Virus genome (UHGV): UHGV-0194685
From: a virus
DNA length: 42,355 nucleotides
Strand: one strand, 5' to 3'
Below the pieces are notes generated by a model. That model saw nothing but the letters and a program-made list of their open reading frames with translations, made no database searches and had not been told where the DNA came from. This document shows positions 16,367 to 25,707 of this stretch, piece by piece (position 1 is the first letter of the stretch; every line of letters begins with the position of its first letter). The position numbers and the translations under genes are program-made.

Positions 16367-16571
16367 AATGAGAAACCACTGGTACATTTCATTGGCGGGT
16401 AACTATCCGCAGCGCGCAATGTCAGCGCAGATAGCAAAGCGTTATACCATTGTTGAGCTGACGGACGAAGCGACACCGAATGAGATTGATCAGTACAAGT
16501 TGGTTCTCGTTGGTATCGGTTGGTTTAATGACAAACACATTCAAGAGAATATAAAGAGGTGGTTAAGGTGA
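16367..16571 (+). CDS. possible small ORF (67 aa) downstream of the ncRNA terminator
   Basis: ATG with GAAAGGA upstream, inside the track ORF 16323..16571. Low confidence; this could be non-coding. Confidence 0.2.
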
Positions 16572-16755
16572 CATACTTTGAATACTTGCGGCAGTGCTTT
16601 AATCACGCTAAGACAAAGCTACCTGACAGCTACACTGTAGATGATGTAGCTATATTTGTATTGAAGACTTAGATTCATAGCTATCCTGATGGTAGCAGCA
16701 AAGAGCAGACGCTCGCATGGTTAAAGTTCTTTAAGTGGATTAAGGAGGAAGAGTA

Positions 16756-17286
16756 ATGTTTTGGAATAAAAAAGAAAATCCTTTTGTTGTTAGACAAGAC
16801 TTTAATTATCCGAAGGTGCTTATCAAAACGCCTCATAAAGATTTAGAAGGTTATATTGAAGAAGTTGATTTCGAATACTTAGATGAAAGAAGCAAGGTGT
16901 TTATAGTTCATGCAGAAAGAGAACACCCGATAACAAGAGAAAGAATAGGAACTGTGTTCGGAGTATCTATTAAAGAAGTAGAGGCGAACGATTGGTACAT
17001 GAAGATAACACATGATGGGGAAACGTTATACGAGACGGTAACTAAGAACACTGAACCTAACCTACTAGAAATCAAACTGAAGGATACTGATTCGGTCCCT
17101 GAAGTGTATTACAAAGGTGAGAGGTTGGATGAGCTGCCCAAAGCTTTGGTGGATATCTCGTATCATTACAGGACGACCGGAGAGTGGCCTGATGATTCAG
17201 CTAACGACATCAACATAGAATACTACTCAACATCGAATGATAAGTACCTCGATAAGAAGATCATTGGACACAAGCGGGACATGTAG
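16756..17286 (+). CDS. hypothetical protein (176 aa)
   Basis: ORF-track ORF with an AGGAGGAAGAG RBS. Its Arg codon usage (AGA/AGG) differs by eye from the early genes. Confidence 0.55.
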   Translation: MFWNKKENPFVVRQDFNYPKVLIKTPHKDLEGYIEEVDFEYLDERSKVFIVHAEREHPITRERIGTVFGVSIKEVEANDWYMKITHDGETLYETVTKNTEPNLLEIKLKDTDSVPEVYYKGERLDELPKALVDISYHYRTTGEWPDDSANDINIEYYSTSNDKYLDKKIIGHKRDM

Positions 17287-17598
17287 ATGATTGAAGTAAC
17301 AACTAAAGCAGACAGAGCTAAGTTCTATTCATCGAGCGAGTGGAAGCAGCTAAGGCAAGAAGTGCTGGAACGTGATCACTACGAGTGTCTGTGGTGTAAA
17401 GAAGAGGGTAAGGTTACAACTGTTAACGATTCTATCTTGGAAGTGGATCACATTAAAGAGCTTGAATATCATCCAGAATTTGCGACTGATATAGATAATC
17501 TAAGAACATTGTGCAAAGAATGCCACAACAAGCGGCATAGTCGTATGAATTATCGCGGCGCAGAACGTAAGAAAAAATTTGATGATGAATGGTGGTAG
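17287..17598 (+). CDS. HNH endonuclease (terminase-associated)
   Basis: HNH motifs CLWCKEEGK...EVDHI...LCKECHNKRH. It lies directly upstream of the small terminase, as in HK97-like cos phages. Confidence 0.85.
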   Translation: MIEVTTKADRAKFYSSSEWKQLRQEVLERDHYECLWCKEEGKVTTVNDSILEVDHIKELEYHPEFATDIDNLRTLCKECHNKRHSRMNYRGAERKKKFDDEWW

Positions 17599-17728
17599 GA
17601 AATCATACCCCCCGGTCGAAATATTTTGGCTAAAAATAAAAATTTTGGAAACCGGTGGATGGGTCAACTCCACAGATCCATTGATGATACGCGTATAACC
17701 CCCTCCCCAGAAGAAAGGAAGTGATTGG
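17599..17728. other. candidate cos / packaging-site region
   Basis: GC-rich motifs CATACCCCCCGGTCG and TAACCCCCTCCCC lie in an AT-rich 130-nt gap between the HNH and TerS genes. This is inference from position only. Confidence 0.25.
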
Positions 17729-18088
17729 ATGGCGGATTTAAAAATCAGGAATGAAAAGGTAGCAGCTGAGGAAAAACGATTGAATGAATTGTTTTTTGAT
17801 TTGGCTGACGATAAGAAAAAAGTTGTTTCTGGATTAGTAACTCAAGCGGCACGATTAAAAATATTACTAGACGAAATGTGGATTGATATTTCTGAAAAAG
17901 GAGATTATGAATTATTCTCTCAGTCAGAAAATCAGATTCCTTACGAACGGGAGCGGCCGGTGGCAAAACAATACAATGCACGAGATCAATCGTATCAGCG
18001 GATTGTCAAGCAGTTAACTGACTATTTGCCAGAAGAAAAACGAGATGCGGCTGCTTCTGCTGCGTTAGATGGTAGTGATCTTCTATGA
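17729..18088 (+). CDS. terS: terminase small subunit (P27-like)
   Basis: 119 aa, placed between the HNH and TerL genes. An AAGGAAG RBS is present. Confidence 0.7.
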   Translation: MADLKIRNEKVAAEEKRLNELFFDLADDKKKVVSGLVTQAARLKILLDEMWIDISEKGDYELFSQSENQIPYERERPVAKQYNARDQSYQRIVKQLTDYLPEEKRDAAASAALDGSDLL

Positions 18089-19728
18089 CGTTGCTACAAC
18101 CTTATTTTTTTGATGAATACGTAGATCTCTACGAACGCGGAGTAATCCCATTCAATAAAGAACGTATTCAATTAGTCGAGTATCTTAAAAAAGAAGTTCT
18201 AATCAGAGATGATATTTATTTTGATGATGAAATGATTCAAAAATTTATCCGATACGCTGAAAAGAATTTCTTCCCATTAGCTAAATATCAGAAATTTATA
18301 ACGCCTTTCATTTTCCTTTACAAAAAAGAAGATGATGAGGTGTTTTTTAATGAAATTTTGAACTCTATTGCTCGTGGTGGGGGGAAGAACGGCTTCATGT
18401 CTGCTAGGGATTCATTTTTTATTTCGCCTCTTTATGGCGTTCACAATTATGATGTGACAATTACTGCTAATTCTGAGAAACAAGGGAAAGTCAGTTTTAA
18501 AGAAGTATATGAAACTGTTCAGGCTAAACGATTAGAACAGCAATTTTATCTGACAAAAATGGCAATTACCAATCGAGTGACCAATTCGATTTTTAGTTAT
18601 CGGACCAACAACCCAAAAACAATGGACAGCGCGCGTGACGGCTGCCTTGAATTTGATGAAATACACATGTTCGAAAATTCAGATATCGTGGATATCCAAC
18701 GGAGCGGTTTAGGAAAAATTCAACATCCTCGCACCTTTTACAACGGGACGAATGGCCATGTGCGTGAAGGTTTCTATGACCGAATGTTAGAACGCGCACA
18801 GAAAATATTCACTGGTGAAAACAAGAATGACCGTTTGTTTCCATTTATTTGTAAACTCGACACGATCGAAGAGATGGAAAAACAGGAATTATGGTCTAAA
18901 GCGAATCCGATGTTCGAAGAAGATTCTCCTTACGCCAAACGCTTGTATCAAACTGTTATGGACGAATACCTAAAGTTAGAAGAAGAGCCGTCTGGTCGCC
19001 GGGAGTTTGTCGTCAAACGGATGAATTTTACCGAAGGCGATATGGAAACCGATATTACTACTCACGAAAAGTTAATGGCTACGGATCAGCCGATTGGTGA
19101 TTTAAAAGGAAAGTCTTGTGTTGCTGGATTTGACTATGCGGAGATTCGAGATTTTGCAAGCGTTGGCTTGTTGTTCAAACACGATGAGAAATTTATTTGG
19201 TTACAACATAGTTTTGCTCGAAAGGAATTTTTAGACACCTTTAAAATCAAGGCACCGATCAAAGAATGGGCAGATAAAGGAATATTTACAATCGTAGATG
19301 CTCCTTCAATTTCTCCTCAACTACTAATTGATTGGTTGAATGAAAAACGTGAATTGTATCAGATTGAAATGGTGTGTGCAGATGGTTATCGAATGGACCT
19401 GCTGCAACCGCTATTGGAAAAAGAAGGGTATAACTATGAATTTATTCGAAATATTCGTGGCGTGCAATCGAAAGTGGCGCCAATTATTGAAGATGGTTTT
19501 GCGAACGAAAAATTTATTTTTGGCGATGATCCATCGATGCGATGGTACACAAATAACAGCTATGCAAAAGTAGACAAATCAGGAAATAAAACATTCTTGA
19601 AAAAAGAACCAGTCCGAAGAAAGACAGATGGTTTTCATGCCTTCTTAGCGGCTTTATATAAACGAGAAGAAATTCAAGATGTTGATTTAGAAGGCTTTTT
19701 TGACATGATGGAAAATTGGGACTTTTAA
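18085..19728 (+). CDS. terL: terminase large subunit
   Basis: 547 aa with an ATPase motif region (ARGGGKNG) and a C-terminal nuclease-like acidic motif. An ATGA overlap couples it to terS. Confidence 0.9.
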   Translation: MTLLQPYFFDEYVDLYERGVIPFNKERIQLVEYLKKEVLIRDDIYFDDEMIQKFIRYAEKNFFPLAKYQKFITPFIFLYKKEDDEVFFNEILNSIARGGGKNGFMSARDSFFISPLYGVHNYDVTITANSEKQGKVSFKEVYETVQAKRLEQQFYLTKMAITNRVTNSIFSYRTNNPKTMDSARDGCLEFDEIHMFENSDIVDIQRSGLGKIQHPRTFYNGTNGHVREGFYDRMLERAQKIFTGENKNDRLFPFICKLDTIEEMEKQELWSKANPMFEEDSPYAKRLYQTVMDEYLKLEEEPSGRREFVVKRMNFTEGDMETDITTHEKLMATDQPIGDLKGKSCVAGFDYAEIRDFASVGLLFKHDEKFIWLQHSFARKEFLDTFKIKAPIKEWADKGIFTIVDAPSISPQLLIDWLNEKRELYQIEMVCADGYRMDLLQPLLEKEGYNYEFIRNIRGVQSKVAPIIEDGFANEKFIFGDDPSMRWYTNNSYAKVDKSGNKTFLKKEPVRRKTDGFHAFLAALYKREEIQDVDLEGFFDMMENWDF

Positions 19729-19750
19729 AGCAGTGAAGGGGGGTGTGTAA

Positions 19751-20908
19751 ATGGGAGTATTTCAATCGTTTTTTGATATTTTCAAAAAAAATTCAGAGAT
19801 TGAATCAAGCTATGATTTTGATGCGTTAATCGATGAATACCATACACTTTACTTGAAACACCTAGCCGTCGATACGTGTGCTGAGTTTTTAGCTCGGTCT
19901 TTTGGGCGTTCAGAATTTAGGATTCGAAAAAATGGGCAACCGCTTAAAAATGAATGGACGTATTTGCTGAACGTCCGACCGAATTTAGACCAATCTGCAT
20001 CATCATTTTGGCAACAAGTCGTTTATAAGTTGATCACGCAAAATGAGGTTTTAATTGTTTTGTCTGATGATGACCAATTATTAATCGCAGAAAGTTATGT
20101 CAGAAAAGAATATGCATTGTACGAAGATTATTTCGAAAGCGTGTGGTTGAAAGGGTATGAGTTCAAACGAAAGTTTCCAATGAGTGAAGTAATTTTTCTC
20201 CAGTATAACAACAATGATTTGAGTCGATATGTACGTGGCCTGTATGAAGACTATGCCTCTCTCTACAATCGCATGGTTGAAGTGGCAATGCGCAACCATC
20301 AGATTAGAGCAACTGTTACTGGTAAAGAAGGTCGCGGGTTTGATGACAAGCTGCAAAAGAGAGCGCAATCGTATATTGATAAAGTTTATGCGAAATTCAG
20401 CAAAGAATCTATTGCAATTGTCCCTGTGCAAGCCGGACTCGAGTACAACGAACTAACAAATACAGTTGGAGAAACGAATCAGTCGATTGATGAACTGAAA
20501 AAGTTAAAACGACAGTTCGTGGATGAAGTCGCTGATATTTTAGGGATCCCTTCTACAATATTGCATGGTGAATTAGCAGATTTAGAAAGTGCGCAAACAG
20601 TACTGAATAAATATTGTTTGAAGTCATTGAATAAAAAAATTGAAGATGAGTTAAACGCTAAAATCATTGATAAAACCGAATTTGTTAATGGGACGGAAAT
20701 CAAAGTTGTAGGCGTGGATAAAAAAGATATTTTCGATTTGGCAGATGCAGTAGACAAGTTGATTTCAAGTGGTGGATTCAATCGAAATGAGATTCGAAAA
20801 GAAGTCGATTATGAAAGTATCGATGGTGGCGATGAGTTTTACATCACCAAAAACTATGAGAAGGCAGCGAAAGGAGGGGAGGAAGTAGATGACGAAACTG
20901 GAAATTAA
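19751..20908 (+). CDS. portal protein
   Basis: 385 aa, placed directly after TerL and before the protease. Confidence 0.8.
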   Translation: MGVFQSFFDIFKKNSEIESSYDFDALIDEYHTLYLKHLAVDTCAEFLARSFGRSEFRIRKNGQPLKNEWTYLLNVRPNLDQSASSFWQQVVYKLITQNEVLIVLSDDDQLLIAESYVRKEYALYEDYFESVWLKGYEFKRKFPMSEVIFLQYNNNDLSRYVRGLYEDYASLYNRMVEVAMRNHQIRATVTGKEGRGFDDKLQKRAQSYIDKVYAKFSKESIAIVPVQAGLEYNELTNTVGETNQSIDELKKLKRQFVDEVADILGIPSTILHGELADLESAQTVLNKYCLKSLNKKIEDELNAKIIDKTEFVNGTEIKVVGVDKKDIFDLADAVDKLISSGGFNRNEIRKEVDYESIDGGDEFYITKNYEKAAKGGEEVDDETGN

Positions 20909-21596
20909 AGGAACGATTATTTCTAATAATCAAAAATGGATTTACGATTTGTTTGAAATGGACAGCACATCACCGAAAGATATTTTATTGCCTGAAAACA
21001 ACGAACCACTAGAGGTCGTGATTAATTCGGGAGGTGGTGACGTATATGCAGGCAGTGAGATTTATACAGCTTTGCGGGCTTATCAAGGTGACGTGACTGT
21101 GAAAATCGTAGGTATTGCTGCAAGCGCCGCAAGCGTGATTGCAATGGCTGGAAACACAATTGAAATCAGCCCGACTGCTCAAATTATGATTCATAATGTT
21201 TCAAGCGCTGCTGCTGGCGATCATCGAACGTTAGCCCACGAAGCAGAAGTATTGAAAAATTATAACTCATCAATCGCGAATGCTTATATTGCAAAAACAG
21301 GCATTGAAGAAACCGAGTTGCTGGAATTAATGAATCACGAAACTTGGCTTACCGCTGAACAAGCAGTAGAAAACGGTTTTGCTGATAAAGTCATGTTTGA
21401 AAGCACCGAAGCACCTTTACTAGTAGCAAGTGTCTCGCCGGTTATTCCGCCAGACGCGATTTCAAAATTAGCAGAAAAGTTAAAACCGCAGTTTGATTTA
21501 GATGAATTGGCAAACAAAGTAGCGGAAAAACTAAATACTGAAAAACAAGAATCGATTGAACCAGAAAATGCTGGTTTGAAACGGTTCTTTTTTTAA
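20889..21596 (+). CDS. ClpP-family (S14) prohead protease
   Basis: VVINSGGGDVYAGSEIY...IVGIAASAASVIAMAG matches the ClpP Ser-His region. Confidence 0.85.
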   Translation: MTKLEIKGTIISNNQKWIYDLFEMDSTSPKDILLPENNEPLEVVINSGGGDVYAGSEIYTALRAYQGDVTVKIVGIAASAASVIAMAGNTIEISPTAQIMIHNVSSAAAGDHRTLAHEAEVLKNYNSSIANAYIAKTGIEETELLELMNHETWLTAEQAVENGFADKVMFESTEAPLLVASVSPVIPPDAISKLAEKLKPQFDLDELANKVAEKLNTEKQESIEPENAGLKRFFF

Positions 21597-21621
21597 TAAA
21601 AAAATAAGGAGGTCATACTGA

Positions 21622-22737
21622 ATGACTATGAAACTATCAAACGAATTCAAAACAATTCGTGACAACTTCTTAGCTGCTGTTAATAATAACGAGCCAGCTG
21701 AAAAACAAAATGAACTATACGGTGCAATGCTCGATGAATTGCTGAACGAAGCAAAAAAACAAGCGCGTGCTGAGGCAGAAGGATTAATTGCTGAAAATCC
21801 GGCAGATGCGAAACTATCTGCTCGTGAGCGTAAATTTTTTAATGCTATCAGCACGGACGTCGGTTATAAAGAAGAAAAATTGTTGCCGCAAGAAACCATT
21901 GATCGAATCTTTGAGAACTTAACTACTGCCCATCCACTATTAGCTGAAATCGGTTTAGTAAACGCAGGGCTACGATTGAAATTCTTGAAATCTGAAACAA
22001 GTGGTGTTGCTGTATGGGGAAAAATTTTCGGCGAGATCAAAGGCCAGTTAGATGCAGCGTTCAGCGAAGAAGAAGCAATTCAAAGCAAATTGACGGCGTT
22101 TGTAGTTGTTCCTAAGGATTTGAAAGACTTCGGACCAGCTTGGATTGAATCATTTGTGGCTACTCAAATTGATGAAGCTTTTGCAGTGGCTTTAGAGGCT
22201 GCTTTTTTATCAGGAGATGGAAATGACAAGCCGATTGGTTTAAATCGTCAAGTTCAAGAAGGTGTAGCCATTACTGGTGGTGTTTATCCAGAAAAAACTT
22301 CAATGGGCGATTTAACATTTGCTGATTCAGCAACGACTGTTAAAGAACTAACGAATGTTTACAAACATCATTCAACTGACGAAAAAGGTCACGCAGTTGC
22401 TGTAGATGGAAAAGTTGTCATGGTAGTTAATACTAGTGATGCTTGGGATGTCAAACGTCAATATACTTCATTAAATGCGCAAGGAGTATATGTAACTGCG
22501 TTACCTTACAATTTGAAAATTGTTGAATCATTAGCGCAAGCAACTGAAAAAGTTTTAACGTTCGTAAACGGCCGATACGATGCATATATTGGTGGGGGCA
22601 TTACTTTACGTAAATACGATCAAACATTGGCAATCGAAGATTTAGATCTATACACTGCTAAGCAATTCGCATATGGAAAAGCTAAAGACGATAAGGCTGC
22701 TGCAGTTTGGGGATTAAAAGTATCCGAGGGAAAATAG
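21622..22737 (+). CDS. major capsid protein (HK97-like)
   Basis: 371 aa directly after the protease, with an AGGAGG RBS. The gene ends at the slippery heptamer G_GGA_AAA followed by TAG. Confidence 0.85.
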   Translation: MTMKLSNEFKTIRDNFLAAVNNNEPAEKQNELYGAMLDELLNEAKKQARAEAEGLIAENPADAKLSARERKFFNAISTDVGYKEEKLLPQETIDRIFENLTTAHPLLAEIGLVNAGLRLKFLKSETSGVAVWGKIFGEIKGQLDAAFSEEEAIQSKLTAFVVVPKDLKDFGPAWIESFVATQIDEAFAVALEAAFLSGDGNDKPIGLNRQVQEGVAITGGVYPEKTSMGDLTFADSATTVKELTNVYKHHSTDEKGHAVAVDGKVVMVVNTSDAWDVKRQYTSLNAQGVYVTALPYNLKIVESLAQATEKVLTFVNGRYDAYIGGGITLRKYDQTLAIEDLDLYTAKQFAYGKAKDDKAAAVWGLKVSEGK

Positions 22738-22799
22738 AGTCCCCCGCAGTTATTAATGTTGAACCGACAAGCGACGGAGCAACAATTGCACTGCAATAG
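22728..22799 (+). other. putative -1 programmed frameshift site (G_GGA_AAA at 22728-22734) plus a 21-codon -1-frame extension of the capsid protein
   Basis: The canonical X_XXY_YYZ heptamer abuts the zero-frame stop. The -1 frame reads IESPAVINVEPTSDGATIALQ* and has no internal start codon. The peptide is conserved with the extension after the major tail gene. Confidence 0.4.
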
Positions 22800-22814
22800 A
22801 AAGGGGCGTTTCTA

Positions 22815-23117
22815 TTGGATGAGAAATTGCTAAAAGATTTCAAATCGCGGATGCGAATCTTTCATGCTGCTGACGACGACAACTTAGAAAATATTTTGGA
22901 AAGTTCAAAAGTAGCTGTTAAGCGATGGTGTGGGACTGACAATGTTTCAAATCCTGAAATTCGAGAACTCGTGATTGAACGCAGCCGATATGTCTACAAT
23001 GATTCGTTAGAATTTTTCAATGATAACTTTCAATCGGAATTGATGGCTGTCTCTTTAGCGAATTATGAAGAGGGAGTTGATGGAAAAGATGAAGTACCAG
23101 AAACCCAAAGTCAATAA
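22815..23117 (+). CDS. putative head-tail connector / DNA-packaging protein
   Basis: 100 aa; assigned by position. The start is a TTG. Confidence 0.5.
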   Translation: MDEKLLKDFKSRMRIFHAADDDNLENILESSKVAVKRWCGTDNVSNPEIRELVIERSRYVYNDSLEFFNDNFQSELMAVSLANYEEGVDGKDEVPETQSQ

Positions 23118-23454
23118 CGGAGCTATGAGAACACCTGTTGAATTTTTTCAATATCGACCGCATAAAGGCCCTGAGCCAGGCGAGCAAGAAAAGCAAACCA
23201 TTTTTAATTGTTTTGCTGAGATCTATAACCCCTCAATGAAAGATTTAGAAATTTTAAACTCTAAAACGACTAAACAAGCAGTAACTCTCACGATTAGAGA
23301 TCCGCAAACTGACTACATTGTTTCAAACAAGCATTATGTGGAGGTTATGGATCGGAGATATTCAGGCATTCGTTGGAACATCGTTGACGTTCGAAATGAT
23401 TTCACTGACAACCGATTCATCACGATTTTATTAGCGGTGTATGGCGATGAATAA
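23065..23454 (+). CDS. putative head closure / head-tail adaptor protein
   Basis: Position and size. The start is ambiguous (ATGs at 23065, 23080 and 23092). Confidence 0.5.
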   Translation: MKRELMEKMKYQKPKVNNGAMRTPVEFFQYRPHKGPEPGEQEKQTIFNCFAEIYNPSMKDLEILNSKTTKQAVTLTIRDPQTDYIVSNKHYVEVMDRRYSGIRWNIVDVRNDFTDNRFITILLAVYGDE

Positions 23455-23851
23455 TGTTGATTTTAAAGGCGTAAATGAGACCTTACGAGCGATTGAAAAC
23501 CGTCTAGGTGACAAGAAAGTCAGGTCAATAGCTCGAAAAGCTATCAATTCTGGTGCTGAAAAAGTCGAGAAACGACTACAATCTGACATGCTCGTTTTCA
23601 AAGATACTGGCTACACAATTGATGAAGTTGTCCGTAAAAACGCAACGTACAGAAACTACAAAGCTGAGGCTGAGATAGGATGGAACGGACCCCATCAGCG
23701 GTACAGGCTTATTCATTTGAACGAATGGGGATATACGAGAAACGGTCGTCAAATAAAACCACGTGGGTTTGGCGTCATCACAAAATCGTTAAAGAATTCT
23801 GAACCCGTGTACTTCGAGACAGTGGCATCGGAGGTAAAGAGAAACCTATGA
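23441..23851 (+). CDS. putative neck protein (HK97 gp10-like position)
   Basis: Position and size (136 aa). Confidence 0.5.
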   Translation: MAMNNVDFKGVNETLRAIENRLGDKKVRSIARKAINSGAEKVEKRLQSDMLVFKDTGYTIDEVVRKNATYRNYKAEAEIGWNGPHQRYRLIHLNEWGYTRNGRQIKPRGFGVITKSLKNSEPVYFETVASEVKRNL

Positions 23852-24258
23852 AAGATATGCTTGGTAATATCTATGAATTGCTGTGTAACAATGAATACAT
23901 CAAAAACATGACGTTCAATGATGAAACAGAAGAATATCGTATCAAGTATTATGAACAGCCCGAAACGACGGATAAGACTGGGGCGTTCATCACAATTAGA
24001 CCTGTGGACGTCCCAAACGAAGCTTATCACGGAAGCGATAAAGAACTTTCTATTGAACATCTAATACAAATTGATGTTGAGTCTAAGTACAGAGCAACAT
24101 GCAAACAAATGCAATATGAAATTAAAAAAGAGATGAAGAAGCTTGGCTTTGGGCAAGTAAATGGTCAAGGTTTAGACGAATACTTCTCGGAGACTAGACG
24201 TTATGTAGACGCTCGACGATATGACGGGAATACACGAATTTACGATACACAATATTAA
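23848..24258 (+). CDS. putative tail completion protein
   Basis: Position and size (136 aa). Confidence 0.5.
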   Translation: MKDMLGNIYELLCNNEYIKNMTFNDETEEYRIKYYEQPETTDKTGAFITIRPVDVPNEAYHGSDKELSIEHLIQIDVESKYRATCKQMQYEIKKEMKKLGFGQVNGQGLDEYFSETRRYVDARRYDGNTRIYDTQY

Positions 24259-24277
24259 AACAGAATAACAGGAATTA

Positions 24278-24303
24278 AGACACGAAAACTCGTGTCTTTT
24301 TTT
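24278..24303 (+). terminator. Rho-independent terminator
   Basis: AGACACGA-aaac-TCGTGTCT stem followed by TTTTTTT. Confidence 0.6.
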
Positions 24304-24327
24304 GTTGTCAAAAAAAATTGAAAGAGA

Positions 24328-24921
24328 GTGATTATATTGACACTTGTAGGATTTAAAAAAATGACAATCGGAATTTTTGATAAGGACGGTAAAATTCCAA
24401 CAGCTAATCAATTTGTTATTGAAGGTAAACAGGACAAAGGTGCAACAGTATCCGCAGAAATTAGCGGTTTATCAAAAGAATCTACGAAAGTTTATGGATC
24501 AGATATTGCATACTACATTTCACAAAAAGGGACAGGCGATGTTTCAGCGACATTTGGATTGTTAGATTTACCAGAAGATTTGAACGATAAAATTTTAGGA
24601 TATAAAACTAATGAAAATAAAATTAGCTTCTTAGGCGAAGATACTGAACCTCCGTATTGCGCAGTGTTGATGGAGTCTTCTGATCTAAGTGGTGAAACAG
24701 CTATGTTAACTATTTTTAAAGGTAAATTCAGTCGAGAATCAATTAATTTGAATACAACTACTAACGAAGCATTCGAACCCGAAGCAGAAGAGTATGTATT
24801 CTCTGCTATCGCTAATGATGCAGAAGGCGATGCAAAAGGACAATCCGTTGCTAAATATGTCGGTAAGGAAGAAGCAGCTATCACAGCATTGCGTACTATG
24901 ACTTTTCCAGCGGGGGAGTAG
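24328..24921 (+). CDS. major tail protein
   Basis: 197 aa between the neck genes and the chaperone. The start is uncertain (GTG at 24328, TTG at 24337 or ATG at 24361). The gene ends ...GCG GGG GAG TAG. Confidence 0.7.
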   Translation: MIILTLVGFKKMTIGIFDKDGKIPTANQFVIEGKQDKGATVSAEISGLSKESTKVYGSDIAYYISQKGTGDVSATFGLLDLPEDLNDKILGYKTNENKISFLGEDTEPPYCAVLMESSDLSGETAMLTIFKGKFSRESINLNTTTNEAFEPEAEEYVFSAIANDAEGDAKGQSVAKYVGKEEAAITALRTMTFPAGE

Positions 24922-24983
24922 TTAGCCCTGTCGTTGGAAAAGTTACCCCGACGACAACAGGGGCAACAATCGCATTAAGTTAG
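24912..24983 (+). other. putative -1 frameshift (G-run GGGGGAG next to the stop) plus a 23-codon -1-frame extension of the major tail protein
   Basis: The -1 frame reads GGVVSPVVGKVTPTTTGATIALS*. The peptide matches the capsid extension over 12 of 21 positions, with different codon families used for the shared Ser and Leu. A bulged hairpin CCCTGTCGT...ACGACAACAGGG starts 7 nt after the G-run. Confidence 0.35.
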
Positions 24984-24987
24984 GAGA

Positions 24988-25335
24988 ATGAGTGTGGTAG
25001 ATACATTTAGAATTTATAAAAAAGATGGAACAAAAGTAGTGGAGGGCACAAGCCCTCTTTCTATCACTGGTATTGCAGCGAATACACAAGTTGCAAAGGG
25101 TGATTATCAAGCAACTCGGTTGGTTAAAGGTGTAGAATCGGCGAAAGTTGATATTCCAGCATTTAAGACACTGGCTGAGCAAGAACCGGAAACACCTAGC
25201 TTTGATCCTGAAGGAGATGTAAAGCCAACAAATGCGAATACCGTTGAAGAAATAAAAGCATGGTTGACAGCACAGGGCATTGATTACACCGGAAAGACGC
25301 TTAAATCAGAATTACTTGCATTAGTACCAGCATAG
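24988..25335 (+). CDS. tail-associated protein with an Ig-like N-terminus and a helix-hairpin-helix-like C-terminus
   Basis: 115 aa with an AGGAGA RBS. The Ig-like/HeH call is by eye only. Confidence 0.45.
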   Translation: MSVVDTFRIYKKDGTKVVEGTSPLSITGIAANTQVAKGDYQATRLVKGVESAKVDIPAFKTLAEQEPETPSFDPEGDVKPTNANTVEEIKAWLTAQGIDYTGKTLKSELLALVPA

Positions 25336-25341
25336 TTTTTT

Positions 25342-25370
25342 AGAGGACTGTAGTAGTCCTCTTTTTTATT
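25342..25370 (+). terminator. Rho-independent terminator
   Basis: AGAGGACT-gtagt-AGTCCTCT stem followed by TTTTTTAT. Confidence 0.7.
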
Positions 25371-25395
25371 TGAAAATATTAGGAGGAAATCATAG

Positions 25396-25707
25396 ATGGC
25401 ACAAGTTCGAATTGAATTAAAAAATAAAAAAGGCAAAAAAGAAGTCTTTGAGAAATTAGAAACAACCGGGAAAGACTATCGTTTAGCTTTGCAAACAATT
25501 AAAAAATTAAATGCAGAAAAAATCATGGTGTGGGATCAGTTAGATATTTATTTAGCTTTTGCAGTGGAAATTTTCAAAGCAGACAAATTGACCTCTGATC
25601 AAATTTTAGATGGGTTGCCTTCTGAAACAACTCGCGAAACATTAGACGGTCTATTAGGACAGGTAATGGGCGTTGAGGATGATCCTGATCCAGATGCAAA
25701 AAAGTAA
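25396..25707 (+). CDS. tail assembly chaperone (G)
   Basis: 103 aa immediately upstream of the tape measure. The gene ends at A_AAA_AAG followed by TAA. Confidence 0.7.
   Translation: MAQVRIELKNKKGKKEVFEKLETTGKDYRLALQTIKKLNAEKIMVWDQLDIYLAFAVEIFKADKLTSDQILDGLPSETTRETLDGLLGQVMGVEDDPDPDAKK

Noticed and set aside
16201-16476. Minus-strand ORF (91 aa) inside the structured region
   Set aside because: It has no RBS and sits antisense to the terminator hairpin. Its composition looks like translated structured RNA.
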